Origin: Camelus dromedarius
Lineage: Eukaryota
Assembly: GCF_036321535.1 (NCBI RefSeq)
Contig: NC_087447.1
Span: 34,164,001-34,228,000 of the forward strand
Direction: 5' to 3'
Length of the DNA stretch: 64,000 bases
The first letter of the stretch is position 1, and every line of letters begins with the position of its first letter. Below the pieces are notes generated by a model, which saw nothing but the letters and a program-made list of their open reading frames with translations, had not been told where the DNA came from and did not search any database. Below, one piece after another: positions 39,307-49,065 of this stretch. The position numbers were made by a program, and so were the translations under genes.

Positions 39307-40807
39307 ATATTGGCAGATTCCAGGATCTCAGTAGTTCCCTGAAGTAACAGTTAGAACAACTGAACCCAGATTATTTCCCAATTTTTCCCCCATAGAAGCC
39401 TCTCCCTGAAAGTCACTATCCAGGGAATAGGCCCTCTGCAGAATGCAGTGTGGGGGATGGCGTTCTGATCATTCAATCATCCCACTCCATCAGGGAGGGG
39501 ACCTCTCTCACCAAAGAATGGCTCCCACCCAGGTGGTGCTTCAGGGCAAAGGGGCAGAGGCTGGCTGCCTGGCTGTCTATTCCTTATTGCTGGTCAATGC
39601 ACCTCTACCAGCCCACACACTAGTTTCCATAATGTGAACTGGACATAATTAGATAATTAGGGAGACTGATTTACATCATATCTATCACTGCTGGTTTTAA
39701 CACCATCAAAACTGGGGAACAGCAGTTCTCATGGGGAGAAAAGCCGTAACCATCTGTAAGGCAGCTACTTTATTTGAACCACTCTGCGCAACTACAACGG
39801 GCTACCAAGGATGAAGGTAAGTGAGAAACCTTATGATTACTAATGCCGAGGCTTTGGGGGACTGGAAAGAAAAAGCTATTTCTCTTTAGTGTATATTAAA
39901 TGAAACCAAGCAATCAAGTTGATCAGTGACATTTAGGTTTGATAGCTAAAGGTTTATGACTTGAAAAATAATTATTATGGGCTTTTCTCCAGAACTTCCC
40001 TATGAATCAAAAACTTTCTAGTTCCTCATCCCCCCCTTTTTTTCTGTCATTAGAACAAATATGTTACAAGGTGATCTTTTACAGAGTTGCTAAGGAATGC
40101 AACTATTCGCATCATGACAGGGTAGATGGCAACTGCCCTGGTGTTCCGTTGGTGTATCTGGTGTATTATTCTACAGTGAGTCCCATTGGCAAGGTCGGTC
40201 CCTCTAGAAACATCAACAAAATCTAGGCCCTAACCTAAAAAGCAGAGGATCACAGCTGACACCACTACTCAGTTTCTAAGGTCAGCAAAACTCAGTCACG
40301 TTTTAATGATAACTGCTCCCATCAGGGGATGTTGGCCCTCACAGGGAAGGGGGCTACCTCTTTCCCCGCTAAAAACCCCTTGCCATCTTTCTTCTGCATT
40401 TCTCCTATAGCAAAGCAGAGGCATCTGCTGGAGACCTTTTGCCTCCACTCAGTGAAATTACTTGCACATATAACACTGAACACCCAGCTTGGAGGCAGAC
40501 ACGCAGAAGTCTGAAGTCTATTTTAGGGGTTGTTTATTGCCTAAGAGCATGTGTACGTGTAATAGGGCAGAGTTAAGGCAGGAGCAGCTAATTAGCTTTG
40601 GCTGCTGGCGATTCTGATCTAGAAAAGGACACATCTCCGCCAGGCGCATCCATCCACTTCAAGGTCACGCTCATTCCCCACAAATGACCAGTAGTCCTCA
40701 GCACCAAGGAAGCACAAATGAAAAACACGCTCAGTGCGGGCTAGGGTGTGGTCAGCGGGGCGGAAGACCCCTGGAAAAGCAGAACTCTCAGCTGGCGAGG
40801 AGCCCAC

Positions 40808-41072
40808 CTGGACTGCATCTCCGCTTGTGCTTTTGACTGCTGATGTGGCGCTGGCTGGTGAGGCTGGCCCGGGGCTTGAGGGGTGGCTGGCACCTGTTGC
40901 TGGGGAGTGCCAGCCTGGCACTGCGAGGGGGCCCCGGCCGCCTGGGACCCGGCGGGCGGCAGCGGTGAGGAGAGGTGCTGCTTCTGGGGCTGGGGCTGTT
41001 GCTGCTGCTGTTTGTACCGGGAGAGGCTGAAGAAGAGGCCTAGAATGGCCTTGAGGTTGCCATTCCTGATTT
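40808..41072 (-). CDS. NAV2: NAV2 coding exon (265 nt): EIRNGNLKAILGLFFSLSRYKQQQQQPQPQKQHLSSPLPPAGSQAAGAPSQCQAGTPQQQVPATPQAPGQPHQPAPHQQSKAQAEMQS(R/S)
   Basis: Acceptor tcttgcag|AAATCAGG, donor GTCCAG|gtgggc. Phase 1 in, phase 2 out. Encodes the last CH-domain helix and Q/P-rich linker. The true frame differs from the 202-aa ORF in the track. Confidence 0.96.
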
Positions 41073-42648
41073 CTGCAAGACAATAAAGAGATGCGGGTTA
41101 GCGGGAAGAATCCTTTCTGGGGAGCCCTTTTCCCGGTCCCTTCAGTAGGCTGCTTCAGCCCTCCTTTGAGTTTAGTTCCTCTAGGAGATGACAGATTTCC
41201 CCAACACCTAATTGGTATCACAGTCAATTAAAATCAGGCTGAGACCACAAAGAAATTAGTTTATTCTCCCTACTGGGATTGGCGTGGAGATGTGAGGCAA
41301 GTTGCAACTGGGATGTCTGGCCGAGGAAATTCTCAGGACACCACCAGAAAAGTCAGAGTCCCAAGCAAGACTGTGCTTGTCCGGGAGGCAGCACGAGCGA
41401 TACAAGGACAGAGGCTGCGGGGGAACTCACTGGTCTCCACGTGGCTCTGCTAAGTCCGTGCTCTGTGCCTCAAGCCACTTCAAGTGTGCCAAGTGGCTGC
41501 CGGCCTGCTCCACAGTTCCTGCCCTGCGTTACCCAATCATCCTTCCCTCAGACCTATGGCCCTGAGTCTCTCCTGCTTGCTGAATAAATAACCTGAATTT
41601 GGGGTGGGTGTGGGGATAGGTAATAGGGCTTGCTTCCATAGAGAACTCACGCAAAAATTCCCTTATAGGAAATTCGTGCAGAGTTGGGGATGTGAAAATT
41701 TTTGCTCCAGACAGAATTTTTTTCAGATGTTAAAATGTATTTGCCTCGAGGCATGCATAAAGAGTCGCAGAGAGGGAATAAAATATTTATTCACAGGCAG
41801 AGGATTTGGATGCAAAGCAATCCCTCCTTTTATGCAGTTCTTTTAACATCAGATGCTGATGGCCAAGGTCTAAACTGACCCTGAGGGTGAAGTGATAGGG
41901 CCACCCAGCTCGAGGGACAGAGGAGGAGGAGCCTGGGGGGAAGCTTTGCTTTCCTCTGCTTTGCTTCCACCCTTAGGCTGAATTTCTTTTTCTGAACTGG
42001 CAAGGGGGTTAGAGGGAGTGGAGCTGGAGGAAGGGAGGCCTCCCTTGCCTGCGAGGGTCACACAGACCTCCAGGTTAGCCCCAGGCTGGGGAAGAGGATG
42101 CTGATAAAGGAACCGGAGTTTCCGCCAAGGACCAGTAGAGAAGCAGAAGGTATGAATGGGGTCCTTTCAGAAACCAGCCCCACTCCCTGTAAGCCTGCCA
42201 GCACCCCGGGGTGTGATCGGCTGACGAGGTCAGGCTGAATTACTTCCTGTTGAAGAGTTCCTCTTTCCAGGCTCTGAAGAAACTGGCAATACAAACTACT
42301 GGAGTCCAACTTTCACTGCTTCGGGAGCCAGCATGTTCTGATTGTGGGACACAACTGGCAGAAGCCCAGCTTTGGGAAAACCAAAGCCCTGAGTTCCACT
42401 CCACCACTTACAAGCTGTGCAATCCTGGGCAAGTCACCTCATCTCGCTGGGCCTTAAATGACAATACTGACACAGCTTGTTCCATTATGCAAGGTTGTTT
42501 TGCAGATCAAACGAGCATATGTGTGGAAGCACATTGTCATCAGTCAAGTCCTTCACTGGTCTTGGTTACGGTATGACAACCACAGCCCCAGAATCCTGAG
42601 ATTCCCATGCAGCTCCGGCTCCATGATCTAAAAATGATGGTTTCTTTA

Positions 42649-42985
42649 CTAGGGTGACCTTATAATTTACCATGCAGATTATGATATTTTGGGGAGTGAA
42701 AGGGAGAAGCTCTTTTTTTTTAAATTTTGTTTTTTTATTGAAGTGTGGTTGATTTACAATGTTAGTTTCAGGTGTACAGCAAAGCAATTTAGTTACACAT
42801 ATACATACTTTCTTTTCCAGACTCTTCCCCATTATATGTTATTATAAGAAATTAAATATAGTCCCTGTGCTATATAGTAGGTCCTTGTTGTTCATCTATT
42901 TTATATGGGAAGCTCTTAATTACATCAGGACAACAGGTGTGAGCCAGGGCTGACCTGGACAAGCCAAGATAATCGCAAACCACTG
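42649..42985. mobile_element. MER96-like hAT element split by an L1 fragment
   Basis: Starts tagggtgacc; resumes after the L1 insert as ...caggacaacaggtgtgagccagggctg. Family name from recall. Confidence 0.5.
42715..42908 (-). mobile_element. Short 5'-truncated L1 3' end with 9-bp TSD
   Basis: Poly-T then ttttattgaagtgtggttgatttacaatgttagtttcaggtgtacagc; TSD gaagctctt at 42706-42714 and 42909-42917. Confidence 0.85.
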
Positions 42986-43260
42986 TATGCAATGCGGGGA
43001 GCAGAGAGGGTTCCGCAGAGGTCGGAAAGTCTCCCGAAAGCCCGCCCCCTCGTTTCTCTGGGTGGTTCAGCTTTAACCTTTCAGCTCCACCTCCTCCTCC
43101 ACCCTAAGGAAACCACAGAACACACCTGTGGCCTGCTCTGCTGCCGCTTCTAAATGTTCTTACAGGGACATCGTCACAGAATGTGGGGCTTGGAGGGGCT
43201 GATTCAGCTTATAGACTGAGTTTCTGTAAGATTCAACCTCTCTGAGCCTCAGTTTTCTTT

Positions 43261-43457
43261 GTTTTTTTTTTTTTCAAAGGAGAGGGTACTTGTTATCAAC
43301 CACCTCTCCTTAATTTTTTTGGGGAGGGTGATTTTTTTTTTTAAATGGAGGTACCGAGGATTGAATTTTTTTTTAATGGAGGTAATGGGGGTTGAACCCA
43401 GGAGCTCGTTTGCTAAGCATGTGCTATACCACTGAGCTACACCCTCCCCGCCCCCTC
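43261..43457 (-). mobile_element. tRNA-derived SINE (Vic-1-like) with internal duplication, inserted in a MIR
   Basis: Minus strand GGGGAGGGTGTAGCTCAGTGGTATAGCACATGCTTAGC...GGGTTCAACCCCC; TSD cagttttcttt at 43250-43260 and 43458-43468. Confidence 0.88.
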
Positions 43458-43592
43458 CAGTTTTCTTTAAAAAGGGCATTTGACTCATGGGAAGATGGAG
43501 GATTAAGTGACACGACCCCAGTCACTCATCTGGACAGTGACGGGAGGCAGGGAAAAATCAAGAGCTGACAGGCAGGTGAGGACCTGTTAAGG

Positions 43593-43969
43593 TGTTATCG
43601 AATCCTGGCCTCTGTGCCCCAACACCAAATTGAAATCCGGAGGCAGAATTCTGGGTGAAGCAGAAAGAACAGCTTTGTTTCTTTGCCAGGCAAAGGGGGT
43701 CACAGCAGGCTAATGCCTCAAGACTGTAAGCCTGATCTGGGGAGGGGTAGCAGGGAGTTTTATTGCAAGACTCCAAGGAACAGAGCTCCTGATAAACCTC
43801 TGTGAACTTTCAGGGGCTGCCTTCTTTCCTCCCTGACACCAGAATGTGCTTTAGTATGAGGGCAGCCATTCTGGGTGGCTGTAATCTAGGTACTTCAGAG
43901 AGGAGTGCAGCACAGGATAGGGGGAGGGGTGTGTCCCGGGAGGGCCGCCCAGGGTCCTGCCCCATTACA
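43593..43969 (-). mobile_element. Solo ERV1-like LTR (377 bp)
   Basis: TG...CA termini (tgttat...attaca), near-matching flanks aagg/aggg; internal ctttgccaggcaaagggggtcacagcaggctaatgcc resembles artiodactyl ERV1 LTRs. Orientation inferred from minus-strand AATAAAACTCCC and AACAAAGCT signals. Confidence 0.8.
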
Positions 43970-44104
43970 AGGGAACCTGGGGAAACAACTTCCCCTCAAA
44001 ACTGAATTCCTTGAAGGGTGAAAAAAGAACTATAACCACGATAGATGAGATCTACGTAAGATTTTTGTTCCTTTTATAATTACCAGCAGATTATCCAGTT
44101 TAGA

Positions 44105-44320
44105 ATAACAAGAGCTACTACTTGTTAGTATGTATTGAGTTAAACTTTTTACACACATGATCTTATTCAGTCCCTACCGCCTGGAAATGAGTATTATCAT
44201 CTTTTACTGCAGGGGAAACAAAGGCTCAGAAACATTTGTGACTACTTCTCCATGGTAATAAATGCCAGAGCTGGGATTTGAATCTAGGTTTTTCCAGCTC
44301 AAAGCCAAGTCTCCCCACGC
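44105..44320 (-). mobile_element. MIR SINE
   Basis: ggggaaacaaaggctcagaaac...gccagagctgggatttgaatctagg. Confidence 0.75.
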
Positions 44321-44376
44321 GATGTAACTCAGCTTACCTGCATACCCATCATGTGTCGTGAATTTAAAAGCACACC

Positions 44377-44543
44377 TCAGTATATTCAATATCTTGTAGT
44401 AGCTTACTGTGAAAAAGACAATGAAAATGAATATGTGTATGTTCATGTATGACTGAGGCATTGTGCTGTACTCCAGAAACTGACACAACATTGTAAACTG
44501 ACTACACCTCAATAAAAAATTTTTTTTAATTTAAAAAAATAAA
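44377..44543 (+). mobile_element. Short 5'-truncated L1 3' end with perfect 12-bp TSD
   Basis: ...gctgtactccagaaactgacacaacattgtaaactgactacacctcAATAAA plus tail; TSD taaaagcacacc at 44365-44376 and 44544-44555. Confidence 0.9.
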
Positions 44544-45374
44544 TAAAAGCACACCAGATGTTTTATTTATTAAGCTAGCTCGTGGGCACGTAAATATTCT
44601 TTACTCTTCTTCTAGACATTCCATAATACATTAAAAACAAAAAACCACACGAGAAAAAACAAAGAAGGAAGGAACGAACAATTGAGCAGATCCAAGGACT
44701 CAGGGGTTGTCCCCTGCAGAAAGCAGGCACATCCACGTTAACATCCTCATAACCCAGCAGCGCCACGCCGAGCAGGTGAACAGAACTGGCACTATGCCAC
44801 ATTCGCTGTCTGCTATGGGTATTAAGTCATTTATTGTTCATAACTGTCTGTTCTATTATTCCCTGAAACATCTTTTTATTTGTGAAAGAGCCCAGTGCTC
44901 CCATAAATACACTCTTTCTTAGGAGGAAGCATTCTTATTAGAAAGATCACTGACTGTCAGAGCCAAAAAGACCTGGATTTGAATCTTCATAGTCCATCCT
45001 TTACAGACTTCAAAGTTTTTGCAAGATTCAACCACTCTGAGCCTCAGTTTCTTCTTTACGCTGGGCACATGTGTGCTGCACCTTTCCCATGGGGCTGGTA
45101 CGAGAATTAACAGAGGATTAAATGAGAAAGTAAGTCCAAGGCACCCGGGGCACTCCCAACTCTGTACTTCCCTTTTTGGTTCAGAAAATATGGTCATTGT
45201 ACCTGCAGCCTCCTCAGAACTCAGCCCAGGGCCCTTCACCTACAAGAAGCCTAAGAAGTTGCCCCTCCTTCCCACACATCTCCTCTGTGCCCCAGTCACA
45301 GGCTTCCAGAGGAAAAGCAATCATGAATAATCCCATTTTAGAGAAAAATCCAATGGTGAGCCTTTAGAAACAAA

Positions 45375-45755
45375 CAAGCTTTACTGAGGTATAATGTACA
45401 TTATAAAGTCACGTGTACAATAATTTTTAGTAAGTTTAGTAAATTCCAGTTTTAGAATATTTCCATCACCCTGAAAAGTGCTCATCTGCGATCAGTTCTC
45501 GAACCCATCCCAGGCAACCTCGAATCCACTGCTCCTGTAGGTCTGCCTATTCTGGGCATTTCCTACAAATGGAATCATGTGGCATGTAGTCTTTTGCATC
45601 TGGCGTCTAGTGCTGAGCATGTTTTCAAGGTTCATCCATGTGCGAGCACTGAAGAGTTTGTTTCCTTATATTGCTGAGCATTATCCCATTATATGGAGAG
45701 AACCCATTTTGTTTATCTACCTACCAGTTGGCGGATGTTTGGACTGTTACATTTT
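45375..45755 (-). mobile_element. Old L1MB-type 3' fragment
   Basis: gctttactgaggtataat...aaatggaatcatgtggcatgtagtcttttg...gcatgttttcaaggttcatccatgt. Confidence 0.8.
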
Positions 45756-46889
45756 CTTTTCAGAACACAGGACTCAAGAATGGTGGATGCTCTGTCTGGG
45801 GTTGACAGGCACAAAGTTTATGCCATGGGTGGTCGGTTAGAGACAGTCTCCAAAATAGCTAGAATTGTGTTTGTTTCCTATTTCCAAGTGGCATTTGTCT
45901 ATGTTCCAGGAGGCCTGGTAAGCCGACTCCACGGGCCGTGTAAAAACAAAATCCACCAACCCACAAAAATGTTTCCTTCTTGACATTTCCCAAAGCTTTG
46001 GGAAAAAAGAGCATCATTTTGTTTCTGATCAACTAGCCTCACCCTCTTGATTTGTAGAGAAGGGGAAAAAAATGTAGACCTAGAGAGATAGGGCTTGTCA
46101 AAGGAGACATGAGCTAGGCTGCTGTAAACCAGCACGAGAACCCTGTTCTCCTCTCTCCTGGCCCCCCCCCCACATGTAAACTAAGGAATAAATGACACAG
46201 GACATAGTCCAGTTTCCACTAGAACTCAGGATTGCTTTGAGTCTTAATCTCCTTGGGCTCTGACTGATCTCCACTCCCACCGGCTGGTACTAATCTGCAT
46301 GGATGCTGTAGGGAATGCTGGGTAAGGCTGGAGGATAACAGTCATTTTCTTTCAACATTATTTAGAACAAACCTCAGGCCTGGTTTACTACTAAGGCACA
46401 GGCATCAGAATAATCTAATACAAAGGAAGGGACTCAGACTGCAGTCTCAGGTTCCCCTCCAGTCCCCTGAAGTCACAGTGTGAGGTCATGCGGCTGATTT
46501 GAGGCTGTGGATTCCGGGTCATTACTCCCCAGGACGGGTCATCTACACAACCTGCACTCACCACGTAACCACCCCACTCCGCAGCCTTTCTGTGCACTGC
46601 TCACCAAGCCTGGCAGTGACCCTACCCCCTAGGGCAGGTGGACGAGGAGGTGGGAGCAGAGCTTACAGGGTGCTGGTGAGGGGCAGAAAAGGTCCCACAC
46701 ACTCCAAACTCAGGTGATGTGGGCAGATGGAAACAGAAATGATCCACCTGCTGTTTCTACCCTAATGGTCCAGAAAGACCTCCTTCCTTCTGGCTCAGGA
46801 TGAAAAGAGGAGACAGCTCAGCATCTGGGTCTCTGACCAGCAGGGCAGCAAACCCGGGCCTGAGCGCATCAAGCCAGCAACCAACTTTC

Positions 46890-46935
46890 CTCCAAAAGCA
46901 TATAGACTCCAAAAGCATATATACTCCAAAAGCAT
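46890..46935. repeat. 17-bp minisatellite, 2.7 copies (ctccaaaagcatataKa)
   Basis: ctccaaaagcatataga-ctccaaaagcatatata-ctccaaaagcat. Confidence 0.92.
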
Positions 46936-47183
46936 CTTCCTGCCTCTTTCTCCAGTCTGCCAGACTGATAAAAAGCCAGTCTTCTGTCCCCATCATATTA
47001 CCTATGCCCCATTACCTAAATTTCCCTTCACCTTCCTTTTCTGCCTGATGTATGCCTATTCAACCTACTAAACTCAGGGGAAACATGGCCGCCTCTGAAG
47101 TCCCCTGACTGCCCTGGGCCACGCTGACTGTTGCCATTCTTTGGGTACTGCTGGATCCTCTACATACCATTAGCACAGCTCTC

Positions 47184-47285
47184 TTATTATTATTATTATT
47201 TTTTTAAATATAGGTACTGGGGATCGAACCTAGGATCTTGTGCGTGCTAAGCACGTGCTCTACCACTGAGCTATACCCTCCCTTC
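47184..47285 (-). mobile_element. tRNA-derived SINE (Vic-1-like) with (TAA)n tail
   Basis: Minus strand GGGAGGGTATAGCTCAGTGGTAGAGCACGTGCTTAGCACGCACAAGATCCTAGGTTCGATCCCCAG. Confidence 0.9.
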
Positions 47286-48064
47286 AATAGCAATCTTATT
47301 AATTGGAATGAAAGCTAGTTTTGTACAACTGACATGACTCTCTGTGTACCCTGGTACCCAGCCCCGTGCATGGTATATAGGATGTGCCCGGCAAATGTGT
47401 GCTTAACTAAATGTGATATGCCTTTCCTTCCAGACCTCCGCTTTCCCATTGCAGGAGGATGGGCTCAGGGCGAGGGAGCATAAACCCCAGGTGTTCTCAA
47501 AACTCCCAGGGGTAAAGGCCATCCTTCCTCACAGGGACAGGTTTACAGATGGTCATGACAGGTGGAGTGTGTGTTGGGGAGGGGCTGAAGGATCTTGAAA
47601 ATCACCCAGGGCAGGGAGAGGCCGAAGCTCACGGGACTCTGGCAAGTCTCCAAGAGCAAACAGATGAATCCAACCTTGAGGAACACAGAGGGGGTGGGAG
47701 AGAACAGCAGCACCTCCATGGGGCTCCCCTGGCCGGCAGCCCCTGCTCGCAGGCATTGGCTATCTGTGCCCCGGAACAAAGGCTCTCTGTGGCTTTCTCA
47801 CAGGCAGGTCAGGGCAGGGCCTGAGCTGCTGAAATGCTTCAAGGACAGGTGCACACACCCTCCCGTTCCAAACTGAGCTTTAGTCACTGCAGAAGGGTGG
47901 AGATGTACCTATGGGACTTTCCAACTGCTGATTTATTTTTTCATCAGAGGCGGAGCCTCGGGGCACTCAATCAGCTTCAAAAGGAAAACAACAAGCATTA
48001 AAACAAAAGCATTATTTCTTTAAACACTCTAATGCTCTTCTAGTAGTGAGGCAGGTGGTTGGAA

Positions 48065-48320
48065 GCGCAGAGAGTGGTGAGCAGGAGAAAACACCAGGCC
48101 TTTGAACCAGCAGGTATGAGTAGCTTGGCCAGGGCTGACCATGTGGGCTTCTCTTTTGCCACACGTAACAATCACTTTGGGCCTTAGTTTCCTCATCTGT
48201 ATGATGAGGTAATACAAATACGGGCTTCAGAAGGCTGCTGTGGAAATTAAGTAAGATATAAAATGTGCACAGTGCTTATTATCTCAGTGACTGACATGTG
48301 GTGAGTTCTCAGTACATGGT
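48065..48320 (+). mobile_element. MIR SINE
   Basis: gccttagtttcctcatctgtatgatgagg core; ...gtggaaattaagtaagat. Confidence 0.8.
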
Positions 48321-48981
48321 TTCCATTCCAATAATTTAACAGGTCAAATGAGGTCTTTCCTGTAACCCTGCAATGATGAATAAAGTCCATTTGAGGATAA
48401 AATAAAAGGCTCCAAGTACCCTTGCTTTTTAAGTTCAAGGAACCGATAAACATTGGGGCCAGTCACCCTCCCGTAAGACTGCACTGGTCCAGAATTGGTC
48501 TTACTACTAAAGACCATCACCATCATCCCTCCCCACCCTGCCCAAAATCAGTATGAGAGATCTAGATGAGAGACTGTCATTGAGGGTGGTGAGGGTGATG
48601 ATCAGAGAGATGGGTTATTTCCTCCCCTCACCAAAAAGCAAGAAGGTGAGGTCCTTGCACAGCTTAAAGTCAAGGGGCTAGAGGCTCCAGGAGAATCACT
48701 CCAAGTGGTGGCACTGGCACTCTCATGCCCAGCTGGGAATTCTGCTTAGCAGAGACTTGGCAGGTCTGCCTCTTGGCCACCTAAATCTGAGGAAAAGAGC
48801 TGAAAGGAGATTGTATAGTGGGGACTTCCAGGTGACAGAAGGCCCGTTCTGTTTACTGCAAGTGTAAGACAGAGCGCACACCTTCCTGCTGACTCCATGG
48901 TGGGTAACTCGGGGATCATGAACCTGAGGTCTGTGGCTTTACCAGGACCACCTTAGTGTAGGGACAAAAGGGGCCCAGGAT

Positions 48982-49065
48982 GGGTGGGGTATAGCTCAGT
49001 GGTACAGCGCATGCTTAGCATGTGTGAGGTTCTAGGTTCAATCCCCAGGACCTCCATTTAAAAAG
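48982..49065 (+). mobile_element. tRNA-derived SINE (Vic-1-like), followed by a poly-G run
   Basis: GGGTGGGGTATAGCTCAGTGGTACAGCGCATGCTTAGCATGTGTGAGGTTCTAGGTTCAATCCCCAGGACCTCCATTTAAAAA. Confidence 0.9.

Noticed and set aside
40619..41227. 202-aa minus-strand ORF, the longest in the track
   Set aside because: It overlaps the real NAV2 exon in a different frame. The openness is explained by GC-rich, low-complexity coding sequence, and it runs through both splice sites into intron.
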